Shown: piece by piece, positions 6,946 to 19,200 of the stretch | How positions within the stretch are numbered: position 1 is the first letter of the stretch | Layout: the number at the start of each line of letters is the position of its first letter | Origin: Chlamydiales bacterium | Lineage (GTDB): Bacteria; Chlamydiota; Chlamydiia; Chlamydiales; JAAKFR01 | Length of the DNA stretch: 64,000 nt | Assembly (NCBI GenBank): GCA_024233495.1 | Contig: JACKPM010000003.1 | Span: 231,331-295,330, forward strand | Direction of reading: 5' to 3' | Position numbers and translations under genes: made by a program | Notes under the pieces: generated by a model | Database searches by the model: none | What the model was told of the DNA's origin: nothing | Seen by the model: only the letters and a program-made list of their open reading frames with translations

Positions 6946-9110
6946 GTCTCGTCCTGTGGGTAGTAAATTTTGCGCGGTTTGGCTCCTTGTGAAGGACCAA
7001 TGACACCAGCCGCTTCGAGTTGATCCATCACGCCAGCAGCGCGGGCATATCCAATCTTAAGCTTGCGCTGCAAAAAGGTGGTGCTCGCAGTGCCTGTTTC
7101 ATAGACGAGCGCTTTCGCCTCTTCAAAGAGGGGATCGCGCGTCGTGCCTTCTTCATCAAAGAGGTCATTGCCATCTTCCCGATAGGTGTCAAAGTTGGGG
7201 ATGAGGTAGTTGGTGGGCGCTTGAGAACAGCTGTGATGGATGACTTTGTTGATATCCTCATCGCGAATGAATGCTCCTTGTGCGCGAATGAGTGTTGACG
7301 TGCCAGGAGGAAGAAAGAGCATGTCGCCATTGCCAAGCAAAGAGTCGGCACCATTTTCATCGATGATAATTTGGCTGTTGACCCGACTGGCAACCTTGAA
7401 CGCAATGCGGCAGGGGAAGTTCGCCTTAATAAGACCAGTAATCACCTCACGCGATGGCCGCTGTGTCGCCAGCACAAGATGAATCCCCACAGCGCGCGCC
7501 ATTTGCGCAATACGTGCGATCGGTGTTTCGATGTCACTTGATGAGACAAGCATGAGGTCAGCCAGCTCATCGATGATCACCACAATAAATGGCATTTTTT
7601 CTGGAATCTCAATATCGAGAGAACTCTCAAGCTCTTCGTTTTTCTTCCTTGTATTAAAGCCATGGATATTGCGAATCCCTAAAAGGCGGTAGAGCTCATA
7701 CCGTTTTTCCATCTCCTTCACAAGCCACCGAAGAGCTGCTGTTGCCCCTCCCGGCTCGGTGATCACAGGCGCGAGCATGTGAGGAAGGTGTGTGAAGCCC
7801 GTAAGCTCCACTTTCTTAGGGTCAATCATCACAAGCTTGATCTCATCGGGACGCGCATTCATCACAATCGACATCACAAGGGTGTTGATGCAAACAGACT
7901 TTCCAGAGCCAGTTGCTCCTGCAATGATCAGGTGTGGCATCTTGGTAAGGTCTGCCCACACATCGTCTCCATTCACCATCTTGCCCAGAAGGAGAGGAAT
8001 ATGCGCCTTTTTATTTCCTGCTTGATAATCCTCTAGAAGATCGCGGAAGCTCACCTCTTGCGGATGAGGGTTGGGCACCTCAATGCCAACTGCTGCCTTG
8101 CCCGGAATAGGGGCAATGATGCGGATCGATTTCGCCTGCATATTGAGTGCGATGTCGTTTTCTAGTGCTTTGATCTTCTGAACTTTTACGCCAAAAGCGG
8201 GATGCACTTCAAATGAAGTAATGGTGGGGCCGCAGTGAATATCGCCCACCCTAGCTTCAATGCCAAAGCTTTGCAATGTCTCTTCCAGCACATTCGCCTG
8301 CTTTTTCAAGTCGCTCTTCAGCGCTGTTTGGTCAATGTGCTTCACCTCAGTGAGCAAATCTGAGGGGGGAAGTGCGTAGTCACCAAGAACAATGGGCTTT
8401 AGTTTGGGCAGAGGTTTGCGTTCCTGTGGCAGTTTAATCTCAATCTCTCGCTCAAGTGGATCATCACGCACAATTGAACCGCTTTCAAAAGGCGTGGAGC
8501 GTACAGGCATTGCAGCTGCAAGTAGCCGCTTTTTCGGCACTAATCTTTTGAGCTTGTGAAAGGGGATAGTAATAGGGAAAAGTTTGTAGAGCGAGAAGCC
8601 AAGAAGGAGCAAGAAAAGAAGAGAAGAACCGACAGAACCTAAGATTCTTTTGAGACAAAATGCAGTGTCAGCGTAGAGGCGGTGTAGTGGCACGCCCCCT
8701 AAATAGTGGCGGGAAAAGGAGGGGGCAGGAGCATGACTTTTAGGGAAGTAGTCAGTGTAGACAAAGCGATCAAAAGCAGAAGTGTTAGAGGCTTGCACAA
8801 GTAAAAATGCAAATGCTATCACGACAAAACTAAAGTAGAGCACCTCTTTGCGCATGAAGTTTTTTTTGGCAAGCAGTGTATAGGCACGCCACCCCCAAAA
8901 GAGGGGAAGCAAGAAAGCAGCGAGGCCTAAAAGGTAGAAGAGAGTCCATCCAATGAGGTGGCCTGCAAAGCCTAACCAGTTGACATGTGCGTCGCGGCTG
9001 TGATAGCTCAGAAGGCTGAGAAGCGAAAGAAGGGAGAGTGCGCCGAGAAAAACTCCGCGCATTGCAATTGACGGTTTTTTTCTCTTTTTTGGTTTTTTCT
9101 TTTTGCGCAT
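6942..9110 (-). CDS. ftsK: DNA translocase FtsK
   Basis: 722 aa. It has a basic N-terminus plus 4 hydrophobic segments, Walker A IIAGATGSGKSVCINT, Walker B VVIIDELADLM, and a C-terminal gamma winged helix STTFLQRKLKIGYARAAGVMDQLE. Confidence 0.95.
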   Translation of the reverse strand: MRKKKKPKKRKKPSIAMRGVFLGALSLLSLLSLLSYHSRDAHVNWLGFAGHLIGWTLFYLLGLAAFLLPLFWGWRAYTLLAKKNFMRKEVLYFSFVVIAFAFLLVQASNTSAFDRFVYTDYFPKSHAPAPSFSRHYLGGVPLHRLYADTAFCLKRILGSVGSSLLFLLLLGFSLYKLFPITIPFHKLKRLVPKKRLLAAAMPVRSTPFESGSIVRDDPLEREIEIKLPQERKPLPKLKPIVLGDYALPPSDLLTEVKHIDQTALKSDLKKQANVLEETLQSFGIEARVGDIHCGPTITSFEVHPAFGVKVQKIKALENDIALNMQAKSIRIIAPIPGKAAVGIEVPNPHPQEVSFRDLLEDYQAGNKKAHIPLLLGKMVNGDDVWADLTKMPHLIIAGATGSGKSVCINTLVMSIVMNARPDEIKLVMIDPKKVELTGFTHLPHMLAPVITEPGGATAALRWLVKEMEKRYELYRLLGIRNIHGFNTRKKNEELESSLDIEIPEKMPFIVVIIDELADLMLVSSSDIETPIARIAQMARAVGIHLVLATQRPSREVITGLIKANFPCRIAFKVASRVNSQIIIDENGADSLLGNGDMLFLPPGTSTLIRAQGAFIRDEDINKVIHHSCSQAPTNYLIPNFDTYREDGNDLFDEEGTTRDPLFEEAKALVYETGTASTTFLQRKLKIGYARAAGVMDQLEAAGVIGPSQGAKPRKIYYPQDET

Positions 9111-9121
9111 GGTGGCAATGA

Positions 9122-10168
9122 GTGTTGATTCCTGTTCTCATTATATTCTATGAATTCGTGCTGAATATGTCTAATAGCATGTGCTACCCAGCACTTGTCG
9201 AAATTACGACTGACCTCAATACGCGCTACAACACAGCGCAGCTCTCCATTTCCACGTGGCTTGCAGGGATCGCCTTTGCAGCCCCCTTTATGACTCCTTT
9301 GGCAAATCGCTTTGGTAGACGCCCTTTCATCTTGGGTGGCATGCTCACCTTTCTTTTTTTTACGTTGCTCACGGCACTGGCTCCCACAATCGCCCTTTTT
9401 ATTTTGGCGCGCTTTTTCCAAGGCATTGGTGTTGCAACCTTCCTTGTTCTTGGCTATGTGACGGCGCGAGAGAACTATTGCGGACATACACTCTACCCCT
9501 GGCTTATACTCGCCCCAATGGTAGCTCCTCTTGTGGGGGGCTCGCTTCTAATTGTGCTCGACTGGCGTCTTCTCTTTACGCTTATTTTCCTGCTTGCCCT
9601 GCTGCCTCTGTTTCTTTTCTGGTTCTTTTTACCTGAGACTAACCCAGAGCCCAAAAAGATTGACCTTAGCCTCACTAAAGATACCCACTTCTATGCGCGT
9701 ACGCTCACAGGAGCTGCTCTTTTTGCCACCCTCTTTATCTGGATCTCTGCCTCTCCATATTTGATTGTCTGGAAATTGAAATACACCCCCTTCGTTTTTG
9801 GAGCAGCCCAAGTGCCGGTTTTCGGGGCAATTGTCGTGGGGCGCCTCTTAAAAAAACGACTCCGCAAGTGGGGGCTTTATATCGCTTTTGCCTCTGCGGT
9901 GTGGCTTGTCTTGTGGAACCTCTTTGTGAGCGGCAACCTCCTTACCACTCTCCTCCCTATGGCTGGGGTGGGACTTGGCTATGGAGCCCTCCCTAAGATG
10001 GGGCGAGATGGCCCCTCTATCACTCTCTACTTCCTGATGGCCGCCCTTGGTAGCTTTTGGGTCGCCCTCATGGATGAGAGCATTTTGGGCGTATCTGCCC
10101 TCATTTTGATCTTCTCTAGCTTCGCCTGTTTCTCTCAGTTCTCCTGGGAAAGAATGAAACAATCTTAA
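9122..10168 (+). CDS. MFS transporter (Bcr/CflA-like), short
   Basis: GTG start, 348 aa, multiple TM segments. It has the MFS loop-2/3 block LANRFGRRPFILGGM preceded by YPALVEITTDL. It is shorter than the usual ~390-400 aa, so it may be degenerate, but there are no internal stops. Confidence 0.6.
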   Translation: MLIPVLIIFYEFVLNMSNSMCYPALVEITTDLNTRYNTAQLSISTWLAGIAFAAPFMTPLANRFGRRPFILGGMLTFLFFTLLTALAPTIALFILARFFQGIGVATFLVLGYVTARENYCGHTLYPWLILAPMVAPLVGGSLLIVLDWRLLFTLIFLLALLPLFLFWFFLPETNPEPKKIDLSLTKDTHFYARTLTGAALFATLFIWISASPYLIVWKLKYTPFVFGAAQVPVFGAIVVGRLLKKRLRKWGLYIAFASAVWLVLWNLFVSGNLLTTLLPMAGVGLGYGALPKMGRDGPSITLYFLMAALGSFWVALMDESILGVSALILIFSSFACFSQFSWERMKQS

Positions 10169-10221
10169 TCAATGTTTAATATTAAAAATCTACAATGCAT
10201 TTAAACTAAGTTAATTCAACT

Positions 10222-13200
10222 TTGAAAAAAAGGTGTGTTTTGGCAAGTCCTCTGCATTCGAAAAGTCCTGCATTAGATTCACCCCTAGAGGAAAAGAGGG
10301 CAAGCTCCTATGACTATGCCAAGCTTTTTGCGCGCATATGTCCTAAAATGCCTCCCCTTGGTCTTGAGCAAAAACTTGTCCCTGCAGTCTTTTTGGATGG
10401 AAGGTTAAAAGACTCTGGCTTAGAGGGGCTTAGCACTCGTATATGCGCAGAAGCTCTCGCTGCTGTTTTAGAGGAGTTAGAGGGGCATATCCCTGAAGTG
10501 GCAGAAGTCGCCGCGCTCTTTCGCCAATTAGCTATAACAGCACTAGCGCTCAAATCTTCTAATCACGACGAAGTGATCAGAGAAGTCCAGCAACTTGCCG
10601 CAGGGCAATCGCTATTGATTCCAGGAGGATGGAGAGCGCGACCGGAAGGGCATGCGATGATCTATCGCTTTGAGAAGTATGCACCTGGCTTCTATAATTT
10701 CTATCTGTACAATACGGGAGCTGGTCTTTCGTATCATCCAACTGGAGGATCTCCGAATGGTCAAAGATACGCTACAGTTCTTCATTTCGAAAAAATTCCA
10801 GAAAGTGTGATTTTTCAAGGCACAGACTCGGCACTTATTCAGCATCTCCTATTTTTGTTAACAACTGTCCAGAAAGATGATTTTGAGCCAAGGGTCATTT
10901 ACGAGGGTATATTGCGTAAACTCTGGGAGTATCAGCAATTCCCTAAAAAGGCTCTTGAAGGAAGAAAAAGTCAGCGTGAGGGAGTGTGTGCATGGAAGAG
11001 TGGTCTGGCAGTTCTCTCACACATGCTTGAGAGAGCGGTTTATGATAGAGTACACTTTTATATTCGGTGGGCGTTTGTTCATAAAATCGAAAGTGCATCT
11101 ACTTCTAATGAAGTGGCCATACGTTGCCACCATAAGGCAATTGAGATTTTCAATTTAGAGGGGTCGGAAAAATTAAAAAGAGGGCAGCTATCATTAGAAG
11201 AGGTGGAAGCAGCGCTCTTAGCTTCTGATGCTGTAAAAAAAAAGTGCGCTTTGCAACAGCCTCCCCTTCAATTAAGAAGGCAGCTTCCTGCTCTAGACGC
11301 CCCTTCGGACCTGACATGTTCAATTTCTCCTTTAGCAATGGGAAAAAGTTGTTCAGGACATCCTAAAAATCCTCCTCCTCAATACCCTCTGTTTTCTCTT
11401 ACAGATTCTCATGAAAAGCAGCTTCAAATCATATACAACTGGCAAAACCCTCAAGGTGATGCAGCAATTGATATGTGGATGCAGATGCTGCACTATGCTG
11501 TAGCAAAGCTTCCTTTCGAAGAGGATTTTTGGAATAGAAGTACGCTTTCTACGGATGTTCTTCTCAACCTTCTGGAGCGATTAAAGGAAGCGACTAGAGT
11601 AAGACATGGCCACCTCTCACCTCAAGAAAAGCTTACAGCTTATACTCTTTACGTTCATACTTTTGAGCTCTCAAAGAGCAAAAGTCCGAACGCTTTTGCC
11701 TCCGTCTCTCCTTATATTCCAAGCTTTTTAGAAAATGAGCGCATTTTTAGCCTGAAGACTCCCTTTTTCCACCTACTTGAACCAGGAGCGCAGCAGCAAT
11801 ACTCAGCGCTATTACGCTATCAGCAAAGGTACTTGTCTAAAAAAAATTTTACCTCTTTTGAAAGAATTCCAAAGGAAAGGAGACATAGAAGAATTGAGGG
11901 GGTGCCTAAGGATTTCGACATCAGGGTACTGCGTGCCATTTTGGATGAGCATCCAGAATATATTGGACCAGCGTCAGCTGGGAGCTTTCCATTTGAGTGC
12001 AATCCATCCTTTTTCAGGCATTTTCTAAAAGACCCTATGGACGATAGGGTGAAAGCTATAGGAAATTTCTTAGGAAGGGGTTCGCAGATACCACAAGAGA
12101 GTATGTGGGTCAAGATTTTTCTAAAGAGTACATGGCTCATTTCTTCCTTTTTTGAAAAGGAGGTGCTAGAGCAAGATTGGCATTCTGTGGCCCCTAATGT
12201 TTCTCGGCCTTATGAGACGTATGGTAGATTCATCAATACCTCGGCTCCCTATTTATGCGAGAGCGTTTCGCTTTCCCCCCCATATAAGACTTTAAGAAAG
12301 GACCCACTTCTGCATTTTGACAGAAGTTTTGCTGCTGATACTGCTTTGGCTCTCCCCTACAGTGAAAAGACTACAAGAGAGGCAGAAAGCCTTATCCAAT
12401 ACCGCCAGGTGACGGCCCTAAAAAAAGGGGATCGTGATTTGTGGCTCATCCGGCAAATCTCTTGGGCGAATGCGCGGAAAGAGTTACGTGCTCTTCAGAT
12501 GTTTCTCTCGTTCAAACATTATCCTGAAATGTTTGATAAGGAAGAGCATCGACTGCTCTTTTGGGTAGAGCTATTTAAAAGCCACATTATTGAAAACGTT
12601 GTAGTGCATGACTTGCCCCAGCAGATAGCTGAAAATCCTGTCCTTATGATTGAAGCTGCAGAATTTGTTCAAAATGGCCTGCGCTACTTTGTTGAAGCAG
12701 AAAAAGATCCTCTTAATAAACTGAGCAAAACGCTCTTTTTTGTCCAGATAGCATCTGAGTTATATCAGCACATAGTCTCTCTTCCAGACTCACAAGAAAA
12801 ACAAATTTTCGTTGAGATGGTAGGGCGGTGTGAAGCTGAGCTTAAACGGCTGCTTGAGGAAAAGAAACCCTCCTTTGATCAAAAAAGCGCGATTTTCCTC
12901 CATCTTCTTCATATGGAACTAGCGAAAAGAGAAGAGGGAAGAAGGGAGAACGTAGTTGCTTTGTGGTGTGCACACACAGTTTTCCGCATTCCAGGGGGCG
13001 AATATCAAAGGGAAGTCGTCGAGCTAGAAAAGTTAATGTCCGGCCGTTTGTTGCTTCACCTATTACAGTGGCAGGGCGATGAAAGCTTCGACTGGAATCC
13101 GTCGATGGCATCTGTTTTTCGTATTTTGGGGCTTGAAGGGCGTGATGTAGAGAGATGGTCGAAAACACCGGGAAAACTTGAGTTTAGAAGCGGAGGTTTA

Positions 13201-16200
13201 ACTGTTCATCTACAAACAGGAAAAGTGTTTGAAGGTGGGAACGAAATCTCTCCTAAGGTGCTTCGGCCGGATGTGAATAGCCCCGTCTACAAAAATCTTT
13301 TTGGCACTCTCACATTTGACTACTTCCAAAATGGCGATTTTTATACGTTCCAGCACCCTAAATACGGTGAAATGCGTGTGAAAGGAGGTGCAAACTTTGA
13401 TACGACAATAGAGTTTTTCCATGAGGGAGAGTGGAGGCTGTATATCCCTCGAAAAGTGGTTTTAAAACATACCGAAACTACTCTTCCTCTTTCGCTCGTC
13501 GAAAAGCCCTATTTGCACTGGGTGAAAGGCGACTTTACCGGCTCAACGCTTATCATCACAACTGAGGAGAACTGGAAACAAGAGGTGGCAACCTACTGTA
13601 CGCATGAACGCCTCTTACGCTGTGGCCCACACCTGGTAACTCAAGGGAAGAGGCAAGGTTTTACTTGCTTTGGAGTAATAGACTCCGCTCAATATCAAGA
13701 GATCTATAGGCAAGTGGATGGAGAGCTGCATAGAGTGGTTTTCCCTCGAAGGCATTCCCTTGATGGGAAGCCGCTTACGTTTCTATGGAAAGAGGGGCAT
13801 CTTGTTTGGGGAAGCGACTTGCGCTTCTTTTTGACCGAAAAAAAAATGGTGGGCTTCCTTCCTGTTGAAGAATACTTAGTTGTAGAAAATCGAGCAGGAA
13901 AGAAAAAAGTTCTCCTCCCGGTGGATAGAATCAGTTCTTGGGATTCGAAAGCTTTTGCTGCTCACACAAAGCTTCTAGTTGCTCAAAGAAAGTACCCTAC
14001 CACGGAAGAAGAGTTTGTGGAGTCGAAAAATTTTTACTACCTTGAGTATGATTTGAAGGGAAGGGAATTGATTCCTCAAAGTGTCGAAGGTCAGCTATTT
14101 TTGTCATACTTGAAGCTGCAGGATCGCAACTTCACACAAGCAATAGCACTCTTACAGCAGCTCTCCTTAATCGATCAACTCTCTTTATTGAGCCAAGAGA
14201 TTTTTAACTTGATCTTCTCCTGTGCTACTGATGGAAAGCACAGAGCTCCTGAATGCGCAGCAATTATTTTGAAAGCTTTTTGCTTATATAAGGCACATAT
14301 TGAGAAAGGGCCCAGTGGCGTAGTGAAAAGTTTGAGCCCAGAATGCGGAAAAGAAATTGTAGCGCTCTACAAGTACTATGATGATATGGAGCGTGCTGTG
14401 CCAAAAGCATTTCGCCTCACACAAGAGGAGAAAATGGCCTTTCCTTTTCTCGGGGACACTCCTAACTCTACATCACCAATCATTCTCCCTAAGATGGCAT
14501 CTTGGGATATGCCTCCTAATATCCTACCCTTGTACTCCCCAGGGGCAGAGAACTTTATCACTTCTCCTATATCACCGAAGGAAAGACTCTACCGCGCAGA
14601 CTTTTGGTGGATGTGGAATATCGCTATTAATGGAACAGAAAAAGAAAAAGCTTATCTAGAAGTTGCTCTTTTGAAGGAGCTTAGCTATCAGAATGATGGG
14701 AGGGGGCTGGACGTCAGTATAAGTACGCTCCTCCTTGATGCTTTGAACACTCCAGGTAGACCGCATGCTCTATTTCCTCCTGTCGAGAAATCTGGTGAAA
14801 CAAGTTTGAGCAGATTTGGCTCATCTGAATCTTCGAGAAATTCTGAAGCTAGAATGAAAAATGATGAAATTCAAAATGACTGGGTCAAGAAAATTATGCA
14901 TTGGCGTGTCCAGACGAACAACTACCCTAGTCATAGAAAAAAATCGCCATCAGTGCAAATTGAGGCGCTGACAAGTGAAGAAGAGACACTAGCTGCTGGT
15001 ACCTTTGATCTTAGCTGCGCCTCTCTCAATCTTTCGGAATATGAGGAGAAGTATTTAAGTCTGCATGAGGGGTTAGTCATCATCAAAGGAAGAAGCACAC
15101 CTTTGGACAGAGTGACATTTCCACGCACTGTTGAAACCTCTCTTGTACCGACAACCTACAAAGCCTCAGTTGAGCGCGCTTTGGATGCCGCAGAAAAAGA
15201 TTACACGGCTGGAGAAAGGTTGTTAGAGGAAAAAGAGGAGGTGGAGATCTCTCCTGAATCGGCTCAACAAATGACAGAGCTTTTCAGGTCTAGGGAGGCG
15301 AATCTTCTTGAGCAGATAGGAGAAATTGAACTAAGCATTTTGGAATTGGCAAATAAGTTACCTCAAGAGCGGAGAGCGCGCGCCTTTAGAGAGGCTGATC
15401 TTCTTTCTGGCGTTGCCAAGCCTTTAGACATTTTCGATCTGGAAGCGCTTTTCCTCTCTCGTAAGAGAGCTAATTTCAAGATGAGCAATCCAGCTCTTAC
15501 TGCTGAAGATATTCACACTCTATACGAAGGGATAGCAAGATGGGAAGTATTGCAGATCAATCTTTTGCGCATCCAACAGCTTGAAGGCTGGCTAGGAAAG
15601 ATAGAGGCTTTGGATAACAAACCAGGAGAGTCGACAGAAGAGCTTGTTGAATTGCGCAAGGTGTTTTGTGGGCGCATTTACGCCATTTTGCAGATGGATC
15701 CTTCCAAATTTCAAGGGGAAGAGAGAAGTACCTACCTTGTTTTCAATCGCATTTCTGGAAGGCAGCCACGTCCTGATCAAGTGAGAGATGAAGAGTTTGT
15801 GCGCACAAGGCCGTGCATTTTGACACGCATCATGGGGGCAGGAAAGACATCCGTGGTTGCTCCGCTCTGGGCAAAGCGGTGTCAAGATAGGGGTGTTCTT
15901 CCTGTCTTGTTTGTAGAAGACGCTCTCTACGGCCCCTTTGCACATGCGCTGAAAACATCGCAAAAAACGTGCTTTGGGCAAGAAGTATTCACCATTCGAT
16001 ACTCGAGAGAGCAGCTTACAGAAGCACGGCTTCGCTATATTTTGAAGAGACTGAAGCAAGCAAAAAACAGAGGCGACCTATTGATCATGACGCCTCAAAT
16101 GCTCCAGCTTCTTGATCTAGAAAGGTTCTTAGCTTTTAAAAAAGAGGTGAATGCGCCCCATTCAGATGGTCGACTCAATCTTCTAAACGAAATTTTAGGA

Positions 16201-19200
16201 ATTTTCAAATTACAAGCAGAAGGGTTGGGGGATGAGATTGATTTATTGCTCCGAAGCAATATGGAAGTGAACCTGCCTTCAGGAGAGGAAGTCAATATTT
16301 CGATGCCAAGGGTGGCCTTAACAAAGGTGATTTTCGATGTCCTTTGCTCTGACACAGTCTTCGCGTATCCAGACACCTCTATGCGCACATTCGTACGTTT
16401 AGAAAAAAAAGAGCAGACCGCTTTGAGTGAGCTGGATTGGAAAGTAGCAAGAAAAAGGGTAGCTGAAGAGATTGTGTCACACCCTCTCCTGCGCATTGGA
16501 ACTGAAAAGTCTAAACAGCGGGAGTTTATTGAATTTGTGTGTGGTGAAATGAAGGATCCCAAAAATCCTTTTATCACCTACGTTGATCAGCTTTTAAAGT
16601 CTGAAGATGAAGAAGATAAAGAGGCTGCCCAGCTAATTTGCTTAACAAAGCTTCTATTGGTCGAACTAATGCCAAACTGTTTCAGAGAGACTGGAGGAAG
16701 AAACTTTGGTCGATGGAGAGATTTAGGACAAGCGTTAAAGACTCCAGGGAAAGTAACACCTTATCTTGCTGTTCAGACTCCTGCTCCCACAGAATTTGCA
16801 TACCACTACGAGGCGCTTGTAAAGCACATGATGCTAGCTGTGCAGGAGGGAGTAGAGGAGGAGCAGGTGAAGTTTGTATGCTTGTGCATGCTCAGGTCAG
16901 CCCGCATTCAAGTTTTACAAAAAGCAATTCCCTTCCACAAAACAGACTTTGCTTCCCTATTTCACCACCTTACAGGTGGTATGGACCTTCTTGATATCGA
17001 GCAAGAGGGGATGTTGGAAGAGGCGACAAGAAGGATCAATAGCTCGGTTAGTAGGCGTCTCGCCTTCGAAAGTGAGACAGCCAGTGTGCATGTCACTTAT
17101 CATGAAGAGCGCCTCTCTAGTAGCCCTCATGACTATGAGCGGCTTATGCACAAAAAACTCTCTGGAATGTCAGGGACTACCTGGAATAGCGACGGCTATC
17201 CTATTCACTTGGCAGATAACGTCAAGCCAGATGAAGGAACGCAAGGACGTATCAACAAGTGTGTCATGATGCGTAAAAGGGAGACACAAGTTGAGGTATT
17301 TACTTCTGCTGATATCAAAGCAGAGTTAGAAAAATTTTATGATGAGAAAAAAAACACCTTTGTCACTGGAATTTTTGATTCTGGAGCCTTCTTTGGAAAG
17401 AGAGGTTTAAGTAACCGGCAGGTTGCAGAAAAGATTTTGGAGTTGATGCTCGAGAAGCAGGTGTCTCAAAGAGCGGTTCTTTTCTTTGATAAGCCGCCAG
17501 GCGGTGTACAAGCGAACCAGTTTGCTGCGGTTGTCGCCCTCCCGAGTGGAGAAATTACTTACAGATTGATTGAAGGAACTTCAGCTCAAGATATTGCAAA
17601 AGCCGGTTTTGAGTCATCAAATGAATATATACTTTTCTTGCCTGAGCGGCAGACAACAGGAACAGATGTTCCCCTCCCGCTCACTGCACAAGCAGTCGTC
17701 ACAGTTGATGAAACGATGACTATGCGCACGTTCCACCAAACAATCATGCGCCTACGCGACTTCACCAATCGGCAACGCGTGCATTTCCTAGTCTCACCGG
17801 TTGTAGCTGAGAAATGCCCATCGGGGACAGATATGATTGACTACATTTTGCAGCTTTGCGTAGTGAATGAAGCGCGAGCAAAGGCTGACTCCATGTTACG
17901 CTCATACAAGCAGATGATTGATCAGGTAGTAAAAGATCATTTCCGCAAGAAAATTGAGAGGTATTCCCAGCTTCCAATAGATCAAAAAATAGCGTTTGAG
18001 AAGTTTTATCACCCATTTGTTTTCCCCTCAAATACCGATGACCTATGCGGCCAGTTTTTAGGTATTGAGGAAGATGTGCCCACAATTCATAGTTTAGAGC
18101 TCTATGCAGCGCGCCTCACTGCAAGGTTAGAAGCACAGAAAGCAAAAGTGGAGGGGATGTACGTTGGCGAGTCTCTTTCTGAAGAGGTGCAAAGTATTAG
18201 AAATGAAGTAAATGAGATACTTGAAAGAGCGGCGCATCATAAAGAGGGCTTCAGTGACACTGTACATATGATTCGAGAGAAAAAGGCGGAAGAGGGCCCC
18301 TCAATGCAAGCAGAGATGCTGCAGGAGTCTCAGGTGCAGCAAGAGCAACGAGCAGATGTCAAAGTTGAGTTAGAGCTTTCTGTGCAGTTAGAGCAAGAGC
18401 TTCAACAGCTCCTGTCAACAGGGGAGCACTTGATGCCTCGTGAGCAAGATAAGTGGTTCTTAGAAAAGGCGCAAGTTGAGGGGATGATTGCCGCTATGCA
18501 GGCTGGAAAATATGTAGCCGGTGTACATCCTTTTGCCAACTCCATCTTGAACACCTTGAATGTTCCCGAGAGCTATCAGCGCTTTGCTGCATGTTTCGAC
18601 TCTCCGCTCTTTGCCACGACTAACTTCCTAGAGCCCGTTGAAGGGGGAACATTTGCCATCATGAACCCTCTTTACCGTCCAGCTAATCAGGTTTTAGTTT
18701 TGCAGAAGAGCGACTCAAGATATGTGTTTCTGCTTCTTTCGGAGGCAGAAGCAGAAGGGGTAGCAAGAGTATTACGAGAGAGTATCCATGAGAGAGTTTG
18801 GCTAGTAGCCCCTTCAGCAACACCTATGGCCCCTTCCAAGTCGCCTTTCCCTATTAGGGACCCAGAAGTTAGAGCGGCCCTTTTAGAGATTAACTTGATC
18901 CGTGGTAGCTTGAGTACAATTCATGACCTCAAGATGTCTCTTGAGGCTCTTTGTTGGGCAGCTTCTTCAGTGGTGGATGCAAAAAGAGATTTCCTCAGGC
19001 TTAGGTTTGCAAAGATTCCAATTGAGCAAGATATATTAGCATGCAGTGGTTTGTTGACTGGATGCGTTAGTGAGAAGAGAACCCTTACTACTGTTGCCTC
19101 ATTTGAGGAAACTACTCCCGTTGAGGTGAACCCTGCAGTCATCAAGGCAATTACAGATCCCTATGAAATTTTGATGTTGACTCAGCATCAAGTGCCCCAT

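Noticed and set aside
9122-10168. Calling the MFS transporter a pseudogene because it is about 50 aa shorter than typical family members.
   Set aside because: There are no internal stops or frameshifts visible and the hydrophobic segments are continuous. Truncation cannot be judged without an alignment, so I kept it as a CDS at reduced confidence.
10169-10222. Direct repeat of the tRNA-His 3' end (att-like site) at the far border of the giant ORF, which would define a tRNA-integrated island.
   Set aside because: I scanned the 9110-10222 region by eye for gggcgaacgacggg-like sequence and found none, and no integrase lies in the window. The island hypothesis is kept only as a positional remark.
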